A stretch of 47,393 nucleotides of DNA from an uncultured Candidatus Bathyarchaeia archaeon. Lineage in GTDB: Archaea > Thermoproteota > Bathyarchaeia > TCS64. A program made the position numbers and the translations under genes. Shown here piece after piece: positions 33,515 through 41,793 of the stretch; position 1 is the stretch's first letter, and each line of letters begins with the position of its first letter. The notes under the pieces are model-generated. The model saw only the letters and a program-made list of their open reading frames with translations, made no database searches and was not told where the DNA came from. The stretch is from NCBI GenBank assembly GCA_964485755.1, contig CAZAKG010000001.1, forward strand, positions 1-47,393, written 5' to 3'.

Positions 33515-34099
33515 ATGACTTATGAAACAAGGGAGTTGATGGTAGTCGCCGCGGTCACCGTGGCGCTGTCCGTGTCGCTGACACTGGGGGCCATCATGGT
33601 TGTGCCCTCCATAAGGGACCAACTGAGTGGCCCCGCCGGACCCGAGGGACCTGAGGGGCCACGGGGGCCGAAGGGGTCATCCGGCGTCCAGGGGATCACG
33701 GGTGTACCCGGGCCGGAGGGACCCGTCGGGCCCGTCGGGCCTCCCGGCCCGCAGGGGGTGGAGGGCCCCCAGGGAGAACGTGGCCCCGCCGGAGGCTGGG
33801 GCGCCCCCGACTACGACAGCGGGTGGGTCTCCGTGAGCCCCGGCGACACCGTGCGCCTGCAGCACGGCCTGGGGCTCGAAGTCTTCGTTTACATACTGGG
33901 GAAGCACCCCACACCGTTCACCCACCAGGTCTACATGGGCTCCGAGAAGTACAACCAGACTGGAAAGATGTACGAGGAAGGGGTACTGTGGAAGAACTTC
34001 GGACCCTACATCCAGGTCAAACGGATGAACGACGACGCCCTCTACACCCAGATCAGGGTCTACGTGTGGAGGATCATCGCGGCCGATGAGGGAGGTTAG
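33515..34099 (+). CDS. membrane-anchored collagen-like triple-helix repeat protein
   Basis: The track ORF starts at 33482 (GTG). The ATG at 33515 lies about 38 nt after the TATA-like TTTTTTTATA. An N-terminal TM helix ([21 protein letters not shown]) is followed by 18 uninterrupted G-X-Y triplets at 33629-33793 ([55 protein letters not shown]). A beta-rich C-terminal domain of about 100 aa follows. A hairpin CCTCAA/TTGAGG lies at 34122-34142. Confidence 0.8.
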   Translation: MTYETRELMVVAAVTVALSVSLTLGAIMVVPSIRDQLSGPAGPEGPEGPRGPKGSSGVQGITGVPGPEGPVGPVGPPGPQGVEGPQGERGPAGGWGAPDYDSGWVSVSPGDTVRLQHGLGLEVFVYILGKHPTPFTHQVYMGSEKYNQTGKMYEEGVLWKNFGPYIQVKRMNDDALYTQIRVYVWRIIAADEGG

Positions 34100-34266
34100 A
34101 CAGAGGCAGGCGCCACCGTGGCCTCAAATTTTATTGTTGAGGATACCCAAAATATAGCTAAAAACAGGGTGAATCCAATCCAAAAATAAATCACGTTCTG
34201 TACAGCCACTGTAATCCGGCAACCAGCGACAAGCCGCCAAAAAACGCAGAGTATCACCCTACCTGT

Positions 34267-34283
34267 AAAAAACCCTGAAAAAA
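34267..34283 (-). terminator. tandem oligo-T terminators after the URO-D-family gene
   Basis: Two T6 runs on the minus strand (A6 on plus at 34267-34272 and 34278-34283) lie 26-42 nt beyond the stop. They are preceded by the hairpin TCCCC/GGGGA at 34291-34305. Confidence 0.5.
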
Positions 34284-34308
34284 CGTGGAATCCCCCCGCA
34301 GGGGACGT

Positions 34309-35388
34309 CTACTTCCTGTAGAACCCGTACTTCATAACCGCCCTGCCCACAGCGTTATAGTTCTCACGCGGCATATCCTGGTACACCGTGCACCCCGGCC
34401 CCAGCATGAAGCCCCCGCCCTCACCAGCGTCCTCAATCGCCTTCCTAACCTCGGCCTCCACCTGCTGAGGCGTACCCGTCCGCAGAGTCGAACCCCTGTT
34501 CAAGCCACCGCACAAGGCGAACCTGTCACCATACAGCTTCTTCGCCTCGTCCAGCCACGTGTACTCGTGGGCGTCCCAGTTAATACAGTCAACAGGGTAC
34601 TTCCTGAACCAGCCGCCCTCCATCAAACCCTTATCCTGCGGGTTCCCCTCCGCCGTGCTGCAGATGTGCATCAACTTGATCGAGCAGTCAACAGCCTCCA
34701 GCACCCGCCTATCGTAGCCCAGCGCGTACCTCTCCAGTTGCCCCTTAGACAGCTCACGCCAGACGCGGCCACCGCCACCGATCCCGAAGAAGACACCAGA
34801 AGCACCAGCGTCCACACACGCCTTGGCGAAGTCAATGGTCGTCTCCGTGATGGTCTCCAGCCCCTCCTTCAACTCGTCCGGGCTACTCTTCATGTCCTCC
34901 ATCACCCTCTCAGGGGTGCCTACGCCGTTCATTGCCTGTATGAGGGGACTCGGGATCGTGTAGATGAAAGGCATCCTGCGCAGGTCCCGCGCCAGTATCT
35001 CGTTGCACCGCACGTACTCCCGCAGCTCCTTCCGGGGGTCCAGAACCCACAGCCTACCCCAGTCCGCCGCCTCCTTAACTATCGTCGAGACAGTGAGAGC
35101 ATCCTCCTCGTTATTCTTGAACTCGAAAACGCTGCCCCACTTCATCGCCATGAACCTGTAGTACGGCGTCACCTTCAGCAGGTCCATCGCGTAGTCCAGC
35201 TCACGCAGCAGCGCCATGTGCGCCCTCGCCGACTCCTCGCCGCTCCTCGTCGCCAGCTCCCAGCTGTAGTAGTCCAGCCAGTTGCACGCGGGGAAGTGGC
35301 CCCAGAGGCTCCAGGGCACCCTGTCAGGCACCTCGCGGCGCATGACCGCCATGACGCGCTCGAATCGTTCAGACTCCATGTTCATCAA
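34309..35388 (-). CDS. uroporphyrinogen decarboxylase (URO-D) family protein, MtaA/CmuA-like methyltransferase fold
   Basis: 359 aa. The N-terminus ERFERVMAVMRREVPDRVPWSLW and the TIM-barrel-like body resemble URO-D family members. Substrate unknown. Confidence 0.7.
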   Translation of the reverse strand: MMNMESERFERVMAVMRREVPDRVPWSLWGHFPACNWLDYYSWELATRSGEESARAHMALLRELDYAMDLLKVTPYYRFMAMKWGSVFEFKNNEEDALTVSTIVKEAADWGRLWVLDPRKELREYVRCNEILARDLRRMPFIYTIPSPLIQAMNGVGTPERVMEDMKSSPDELKEGLETITETTIDFAKACVDAGASGVFFGIGGGGRVWRELSKGQLERYALGYDRRVLEAVDCSIKLMHICSTAEGNPQDKGLMEGGWFRKYPVDCINWDAHEYTWLDEAKKLYGDRFALCGGLNRGSTLRTGTPQQVEAEVRKAIEDAGEGGGFMLGPGCTVYQDMPRENYNAVGRAVMKYGFYRK

Positions 35389-35712
35389 AAACTATGCCGT
35401 CGCACAGGATAAAAGCCCAGCTACTAAACCTAAAAAAAACATTGACGCAAGAAACTAAACGATAATATTGTGGAATACAGAAGCCTTAAATAAAAAAATG
35501 GCGACCTATCATTGAGAGTAAAACACTACTCTAAGAACCCACTTGAAGACCTTAAACAGATTGCTCAGCGCATCTCAATAGGGCTCTCAGCCAAGGAACT
35601 GAAACAGCTCTCAGATGAGGAACGGTTGAAAGCCTTCAATGAAAAAATGAGACGAGCCTACATCTAAGAAACTTCTATAAGGGATGACTCCCCTCCCATC
35701 ATATCGTTTTAG

Positions 35713-36882
35713 GTGAACCCCTTGAAGTACCGCAGATTCGGGAAACTCGACTACAAGCCCTCGGCCCTGGGCTTCGGAGCCATGAGGCTCCCCACCATAG
35801 GCGGAGACCCTAACAAGATCGACGAGCCCCACGCCATCAAGATGATCAGGTACGCCATCGACCACGGCGTCAACTACGTGGACACCGCCTACCCGTACCA
35901 CGGCGGCGAGAGCGAGAAACTCGTAGGCAAGGCCCTCAGGGACGGGTACAGGGACCGGGTGAAGCTCGTCACAAAGATGCCAACCTTCCTCGTAAAGGAG
36001 CGCGGCGACTTCGACAAGTACTTGGAAGAGCAGCTCCAGAAACTCCAGACAGACCATCTAGACTTCTACCTGCTCCACGGCCTCCGCAAGGAGCGGTGGC
36101 CCATCCTTAAACAGCTGGACGTCTTTACCTGGGCCGAGCAGAAGATCAGTGAAGGCAAGATAGGGCACCTCGGCTTCAGCTTCCACGACGACCTCCCACT
36201 CTTCAAGGAGATCGTGGACAGCTACAAGGGCTGGACCCTCTGCCAGATACAGCTCAACTACATGGACACAGAGTACCAGGCCGGCCTCGAGGGCCTCAGG
36301 TACGCCGCCGCCAAGGGCCTAGCCGTCGTCATCATGGAGCCCATCAAGGGAGGCAAGCTCGCTGTTACGCCCCCCAAGGACGTCCAGGGGGTCTGGGCCA
36401 AGTCTGAGAGGAAGAGGACTCCGGCGGAGTGGGCGCTACAATGGGTCTGGAACCGGCCAGAGGTGAGCGTCGTCCTGAGCGGCATGAGCGAGATGAGGCA
36501 CGTGGAGGAGAACTTGGAGTACGCTGACAGGTCCGGCGTAGGCTCGCTCACGGAGTACGAGCTGGCCCTCTACGACGAGGCCCGGAACGCGTACAACAAG
36601 CTGGGCTTCATCGGGTGCACAGGCTGCAGGTACTGCATGCCGTGCCCCCAGGGCGTCGAGATACCCGCCATCCTCGGCCTCTACAACGAGTACTACATGG
36701 GCGGCCAGAGCGACGAGATGAAGCAGCGGTACTGGGAGCACATCACCCCTGAGACCCACTCAACGAACTGCGTCGCCTGCGGCCAGTGTGAAGAAAAGTG
36801 CCCACAGCAGCTCCCCATCAGGAAGTTCATGGGAGAGACCAGCCGCATGTTCCCTAAACCCGGGCAACAGAGGGCGCCCTAG
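35713..36882 (+). CDS. aldo/keto reductase with a C-terminal 4Fe-4S domain
   Basis: 389 aa. The AKR N-terminus is LGFGAMRLP...VNYVDTAYPYHGGESEKLVGKAL. Two C-terminal Cys clusters are CTGCRYCMPCP and CVACGQCEEKCP. GTG start. Confidence 0.85.
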   Translation: MNPLKYRRFGKLDYKPSALGFGAMRLPTIGGDPNKIDEPHAIKMIRYAIDHGVNYVDTAYPYHGGESEKLVGKALRDGYRDRVKLVTKMPTFLVKERGDFDKYLEEQLQKLQTDHLDFYLLHGLRKERWPILKQLDVFTWAEQKISEGKIGHLGFSFHDDLPLFKEIVDSYKGWTLCQIQLNYMDTEYQAGLEGLRYAAAKGLAVVIMEPIKGGKLAVTPPKDVQGVWAKSERKRTPAEWALQWVWNRPEVSVVLSGMSEMRHVEENLEYADRSGVGSLTEYELALYDEARNAYNKLGFIGCTGCRYCMPCPQGVEIPAILGLYNEYYMGGQSDEMKQRYWEHITPETHSTNCVACGQCEEKCPQQLPIRKFMGETSRMFPKPGQQRAP

Positions 36883-37622
36883 CCGCCCGGGGCCCTCTGA
36901 GCCCTCAGCAGGTCCCTGATCTCCCTCAGCGTCAACAGCATCTCGTCGTCAAGGCCCGGCCCCCGGGGCACGGCCTCCTCCACGGGGGACACCGCCTCCG
37001 TCATGGTAGCGTAGGGGGCCCTGAACTTCCTGAGCTCGTTTAGTATGAAGTCGCGGACCTCCTCGTAGAAGACGATGCCCTCCAGGCTCTCCTCCGGCCC
37101 CGCCTGCTGGCCGCTGAACCCCGCCGTCTCGATGCTCACGTTTCCCAGCCCGAATAGCCTGTCGAAGGGCCCCGCGTTGCTGGCGATGTTGGTGATGGTC
37201 CTGAAGGGCACATGCTTCCTGGTTATGGTCACTATGCCCTTCTTTACGTACACCTCCGGCATACTCTCCCCCGACTCGGAGATGACGCTGTACTCTATGC
37301 TGTTCACGTACGCGGGAGTAAGCGCCAGAGCCGGGACGAGCCAAAGCAGGTTCCCGATGATCAGCCAGTTGCTCAGGGTCCAGAGCCACGTCCCCATGGT
37401 CTGGATGGTGGAGTTCATCTCCCCCGGGTCCACCGCGTTGATGAAGTATATGCAGGCCACCACGGACAATAGCGTACCCAGCCAGATGCCGGCGGCTATC
37501 GCCGCGTCCCTCACCCACAGCTTGTACACGTAGGTCCTCGCGGGCCTGAATATCCTGCCGCTCGTCACCTTCTGGACAGGCGGCTTAATCACCTTAGACT
37601 CAACCTCTTTACCCAACCTCAC
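36879..37622 (-). CDS. bacterial-type PH domain (bPH_2 / YdbS-YdbT-like) membrane protein
   Basis: 247 aa. Two TM helices (AAIAAGIWLGTLLSVVACIYFI, WLIIGNLLWLVPALAL) are followed by the membrane-flanked PH pattern ITRKHVPFRTITNIASNAGPFDRLFGLGNVSIETAG. The GTG start overlaps the upstream TGA (GTGA). Confidence 0.7.
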   Translation of the reverse strand: MRLGKEVESKVIKPPVQKVTSGRIFRPARTYVYKLWVRDAAIAAGIWLGTLLSVVACIYFINAVDPGEMNSTIQTMGTWLWTLSNWLIIGNLLWLVPALALTPAYVNSIEYSVISESGESMPEVYVKKGIVTITRKHVPFRTITNIASNAGPFDRLFGLGNVSIETAGFSGQQAGPEESLEGIVFYEEVRDFILNELRKFRAPYATMTEAVSPVEEAVPRGPGLDDEMLLTLREIRDLLRAQRAPGG

Positions 37623-38113
37623 TTCCTCCTATACCTCGGGACCTCCTTGGCCGCCAGCTTGTTGAAGACGGCCGTGCTCTGCCTAGTCATGGGCAGGGCC
37701 TCCTCGTCGGGCCTCAGCTCCAGCCCGTACTCACTCATGACAGCGTCCAGGGTCTCCCTGCACTCCTGCTCCTTGGGGCACTCCAGGCACAGCTTACCAG
37801 CGTAGCTGCTGTGCACGTACCAGACCACCACCCCCAGCCGCTCAGTGTACACCATGTAGACCTGCGAGTTGGCCTGGTAGTCAAACCCAATCAACAGCCC
37901 CTTGTAGTCTAGGAGGCTCTCCACGTCCAGACGGTGGCTGTCCGCGTGGCCACGGAGAGCCCCAGCTATCTTCTCCCGAGCCCTGTTGAGGACCCTTGAA
38001 GTGTAGCTCGGCGTCCAGCCCTCCGCCCCGTGGGCGTCAGCTATCTCGCTGGTGCTTCCGCCCCCCTGGAACTCGGCCCACACGACGGATTCGTGGTTCG
38101 ACAGCAGCCCCAT
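37619..38113 (-). CDS. Tfx-like HTH DNA-binding protein
   Basis: 164 aa. The N-terminal HTH (GGSTSEIADAHGAEGWTPSYTSRVLNRAREKIAGAL) is laid out as in archaeal Tfx or sigma-70 region-4-like regulators. The C-terminal domain contains C-x2-C-x6-C. It is translationally coupled to the bPH gene. Confidence 0.55.
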   Translation of the reverse strand: MGLLSNHESVVWAEFQGGGSTSEIADAHGAEGWTPSYTSRVLNRAREKIAGALRGHADSHRLDVESLLDYKGLLIGFDYQANSQVYMVYTERLGVVVWYVHSSYAGKLCLECPKEQECRETLDAVMSEYGLELRPDEEALPMTRQSTAVFNKLAAKEVPRYRRK

Positions 38114-38155
38114 CTTGATTCCTCGTGATACCCAGCGCCCGCACAGCGCTGGTAT

Positions 38156-38185
38156 ATCTTTACATTATTATGGTAAAGATTTACC
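38156..38185. promoter_or_regulatory. nested palindromes sharing a TTTAC half-site in the divergent promoter region
   Basis: ATCTTTAC(38156-38163)/GTAAAGAT(38173-38180) and GGTAAA(38172-38177)-GA-TTTACC(38180-38185) give three TTTAC/GTAAA half-sites within 30 nt. A GC-rich hairpin CCAGCGC/GCGCTGG lies at 38132-38152. Confidence 0.45.
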
Positions 38186-38324
38186 TTATAAGAGTTGTGA
38201 TCTTTTGATCCTAAGAGCGTTAATCTGAACACCGCGAGGATACAGTTTAAAATCTAGGCATAGCTGTATCAGCAGATAACAGGAGGAGCCGGACACGGAC
38301 TTTGACATAGACAGCTACCAGCCA

Positions 38325-39803
38325 ATGCCAGTCACCTACGAGCTAAGGTACATGATGCTCAGGAAGCTCCGCGAGGGGGAGGACCCGCTGCCCGACATAG
38401 AGGGGCGGGATGAGACCAAGAACGACGTCATAAGGGCCGTCCTCAGCGGAGGCTACCCGTACCTAGTGAGCCGAGAGGGCACAGGAAAGACCCGCCTAGC
38501 TGAGAGCCTAGCCAAGCTCCTGCCACCGGTGCCCAAGATCAAGGGCTGCCCATACAACTGCGACCCCAAGTGGCCCAGAGAATGGAAGTGCCCCGCCTGC
38601 CAGGACGAGGAGAACCCAGAGATCGAGTTCATAGGAGGCAGGCAGCGCTACAGCCGCATCCAGGGCAACGAGTACACCAACGAGGCAAAGATACTGGGCG
38701 TCAAGGACCTCCAGGCCATCGTCCAAGGAGACAGCCCCACGGACCCTCGGGCCTTCATAGGGACCGGCGTACTCCGCGGCAACAGGGGCGTGGTCTGCGT
38801 TGACGAGCTACCCGCCATACCGACAAAGGTGCAGGTGCTGTTCCACCCTATGCTCCAGGAGCGGAGGATAGTGCTCGAGGAGTACAACTGGGTGCGCCCC
38901 ATAGACATCTTCTTCGTGGCCACGGGCAACCCCAGCGGCTTCAGCCACGTTAACAGGGTGCCTGAGCCGCTGCTGGACCGCCTGGAGCTGATACCCATGG
39001 GGCTGCCTGAGGAGGCTGTGGAGCGTGAGATCATGTTCAAGGAGGGGTTCAGGGTCATGGACGACTTCTTCACAGGCTCACCCGGGGACAGGCCCCAGGA
39101 GCCCATATCGGCTAGGGCCACCGACCTCAAACGGCAGTCCGCGGTCCCGTGGTGGATCGTGGACATAGTCATCAAGGCCGTCCGCTACACCAGGGACTGC
39201 CCCAACATAGATAGGGGCAGCAGCATCAGGGGCAGCATCAAGAGCCTGGACCACGTGTACAGCAGCGCCGAGCTCGGGGGCCGCAGCGTCGCGGGGCTCA
39301 GGGACGCCGCAGACGGCCTCAAGCTGGGCCTCAGAGGCAGGATCAGGCTAAGGGCGGACCTCGTAGGCTTCGACGACAGCCCCAGCGCCTTCATGACAAG
39401 GAACAACGAGGTTGTGGAGGACATCCTATGGTACGCCGCCAGGGACGTCGGCAAACAGGTGCTCGCCGTCGTATCGGAGGACATGGACCTAAGGAAGATG
39501 GCTGAGGAGGTGGACAGGCTACTCTCGGACAGTTCAGGCGCCTCAAGCCAAGACGGTTACCCTCTGCTGGACTCGGCAGTCGACAGCATGAGGGAGCTGA
39601 AGACTTGGGAGAGCCCCACGCTGGTGAACGGCTTGGAGCAGGTGCTCAGGGAGAACCCGGCGGCCGCAGAGCCCGAGGCCGCCCACGAGTACTGGTTCTC
39701 GGCCGTGGAGCTTCTGGCTAACACCCTTCTGGCCGAGAAGGTGGTCGAAGGATTCGCCGGCGCTGACCGAATCTTTATTCCAAGAAGGATGAGCCAGCCG
39801 TGA
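38325..39803 (+). CDS. ChlI/BchI-like (MoxR-related) AAA+ ATPase with a C-terminal helical extension
   Basis: 492 aa with Walker A SREGTGKT, Walker B VVCVDELP and sensor/Arg-finger contexts FFVATGNP and EPLLDRL. A Cys cluster CPYNCDP..WKCPAC follows Walker A, as in chelatase I subunits. About 170 aa are added at the C-terminus. Confidence 0.8.
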   Translation: MPVTYELRYMMLRKLREGEDPLPDIEGRDETKNDVIRAVLSGGYPYLVSREGTGKTRLAESLAKLLPPVPKIKGCPYNCDPKWPREWKCPACQDEENPEIEFIGGRQRYSRIQGNEYTNEAKILGVKDLQAIVQGDSPTDPRAFIGTGVLRGNRGVVCVDELPAIPTKVQVLFHPMLQERRIVLEEYNWVRPIDIFFVATGNPSGFSHVNRVPEPLLDRLELIPMGLPEEAVEREIMFKEGFRVMDDFFTGSPGDRPQEPISARATDLKRQSAVPWWIVDIVIKAVRYTRDCPNIDRGSSIRGSIKSLDHVYSSAELGGRSVAGLRDAADGLKLGLRGRIRLRADLVGFDDSPSAFMTRNNEVVEDILWYAARDVGKQVLAVVSEDMDLRKMAEEVDRLLSDSSGASSQDGYPLLDSAVDSMRELKTWESPTLVNGLEQVLRENPAAAEPEAAHEYWFSAVELLANTLLAEKVVEGFAGADRIFIPRRMSQP

Positions 39804-41038
39804 GGAACCCCCGTAGCAACCCGTGCAGCGAATTCCAGGACAGCCTACTGGAGCTGCTCAGGGACGCCGCCAAGATGCAGATGGGGCAGGGCCTGGACCA
39901 CGACAGCCGGTTCATGGAGAAGGCCCGGGAGAAGGCGGAGGAGAGGTTCAGGGACGCACAGCGGAGGCTTGGGGAGCTCACCGATGAATTGGAGCGGCTC
40001 AAGGCTGAGCTCATGCTGGACAGCGTTGAGAGCCTCCTGGACTCGGGGGACCTGGAGGAGGCCCTAGGAGACGCCGAGTTCACAGCCGAGATGCGGGAAC
40101 TTGAGGACACGTTAGAGGAGCTCAGGAGGGAGCCCCAGGGAGTCTCCAAGAGGGACTACGACGAGACGCTCCGAGACCTGGAGGAGAAGGGTCTCGTGGA
40201 GAAGGGTCCTCACACGGTCAGGCTCACATCTAAGGGGGCCCGGGTCATGGGTCAGGGGTTCCTGTCAAGGATACTGCTGAACCTGGAGAGGAGGGGTCTT
40301 GGCCCCCACAAGATCGAGGACGCGGGCACCGGGGCTTGGACAGGGACTACGGTGCGCCCCTATGAGCCCGGGGACCCCTACCACAGGATCAACATAGAGA
40401 GAACGCTCCTGGCGGCCCTGGAGCGCGGGGTGCCTATGCGCGACTTCACGGGGGGTGACTTCAGGGTCTGGGAGCCTCTTCACAGCACTGAGCTCTACTT
40501 CGGGGTGCTGGTGGATCAGAGCGCCAGCATGAGAAAGAAGGGGAAGCTTGAGGCCGCAGTTGAGACAGCGCTGGCTCTCTCAGAGCTCGTGAGGGGCCTG
40601 TACCCTGAGGACAAGTTAAAGGTGATAGCGTTCAGCGAGGAGGTGCGGGAGGTGGAGCCCTGGATGCTGACGGCTGCAACGGTCCCCATGAAGTTCACCG
40701 ACATCAGGGCGGCCCTCAGAGCCTTCCGGAACAGGGTAATCTATGAGCCAGGGAACAAGCAGTGCCACCTCATCACAGACAGCGCCCCCAACTACCTGGA
40801 CGGCGAGTTCGTGGGCTTCACCAGGGCGACAGCGGCCGTCATGGATGAGGCCCGGCTATACAGGATGCACGGCATAGTCCTCAACGTCATAATGCTGGAC
40901 GATGACCCCCAGCTCAAGGAGATGGCTCAGAGGGTCGCTAGGGAGAACTTGGGCAGGGTAGCTTACGTGGACCCTGAGAATCTAGGAGAGGCAGTCGTCG
41001 AGGACTACCTCTCCCTCAAGTCACCCCTCGCGGGGTGA
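39800..41038 (+). CDS. coiled-coil / winged-helix-like / von Willebrand factor A (vWA) domain protein
   Basis: 412 aa, with a GTG start overlapping the AAA+ stop by 4 nt. About 115 aa at the N-terminus form an acidic coiled coil. A wH-like segment (LRDLEEKGLVEKGPHTVRLTSKGARV) follows. The C-terminal vWA has the MIDAS motif D-x-S-x-S (VLVDQSASM). Confidence 0.8.
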   Translation: MRNPRSNPCSEFQDSLLELLRDAAKMQMGQGLDHDSRFMEKAREKAEERFRDAQRRLGELTDELERLKAELMLDSVESLLDSGDLEEALGDAEFTAEMRELEDTLEELRREPQGVSKRDYDETLRDLEEKGLVEKGPHTVRLTSKGARVMGQGFLSRILLNLERRGLGPHKIEDAGTGAWTGTTVRPYEPGDPYHRINIERTLLAALERGVPMRDFTGGDFRVWEPLHSTELYFGVLVDQSASMRKKGKLEAAVETALALSELVRGLYPEDKLKVIAFSEEVREVEPWMLTAATVPMKFTDIRAALRAFRNRVIYEPGNKQCHLITDSAPNYLDGEFVGFTRATAAVMDEARLYRMHGIVLNVIMLDDDPQLKEMAQRVARENLGRVAYVDPENLGEAVVEDYLSLKSPLAG

Positions 41039-41217
41039 AGGAGGTAGCTCGGAGGCGGGGTCTCCTTCCCCTTCTTTAAACAAACCCCCCGCGTCCGCGC
41101 TCGTGATCTCCTTTCCTCAATCAAATAATGTGGTTTACGGAGACCAGTTAACTAGCCTAACCCTGTAAAGCGGATACGGTTCCCTGATAAGAAAAAATGA
41201 GAGAGAACAGTGATCAG

Positions 41218-41706
41218 CTAAACTATCTCCCTGGGCCGTCTAGTGAATATCTCGGGCTCGTACTCGATGGGCTCCCCCACGCTCCACAGGAAAATGTGTG
41301 CCGTACTCGGCCCCACCCTCCTGAACCTGGCCTTGAGGCGCTTAACCACCAAATCGTAGTTATGATCCTTATCCAGACCATCGAGCCACCTCTGGAAGCT
41401 CCCGCATTCAGCCGCCACCCTCTCGAACTCCCTGGCGTTCCCGATGGTAGCCACGATCTTGGGCCTGTTCCTTATTATACTGGCGTCCTCGCTGAGCCTC
41501 CTGATGTCGTCTGGACCATAGCCCGCCACCTTACCGACATTAAAGTCATCGAAGGCTCTCATGAAGCTCGGCCACCTGTCCGCCACCAGCCTCCAGCTGA
41601 GGCCAGCCTGGAAGACGCAGCGGCTCATGTTCTCGAAGTACACGTCGTCGGAGGCGGGCCTCCTACCTCTGTGAACCCAGCTCGGAAGCTCCCGGTCCTC
41701 AGGCAT
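41218..41706 (-). CDS. tag: DNA-3-methyladenine glycosylase I family protein
   Basis: 162 aa. FQAGLSWRLVADRWPSFMRAFDDFNVGKVAGYGPDDIRRLSEDASIIRNRPKIVATIGNAREF aligns by eye with the E. coli Tag core (QAGLSW...GIIRHRGKIQAIIGNARA). The Tag zinc-snap Cys/His residues are not evident. Confidence 0.8.
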   Translation of the reverse strand: MPEDRELPSWVHRGRRPASDDVYFENMSRCVFQAGLSWRLVADRWPSFMRAFDDFNVGKVAGYGPDDIRRLSEDASIIRNRPKIVATIGNAREFERVAAECGSFQRWLDGLDKDHNYDLVVKRLKARFRRVGPSTAHIFLWSVGEPIEYEPEIFTRRPREIV

Positions 41707-41793
41707 GTGTAATCCGTATGGTGATTGCTAATTGAAGGTTTGGGGTTCTCCACGTTTTCAAATAGGTGGTCCGCCAACCATTAACCGATAGCC

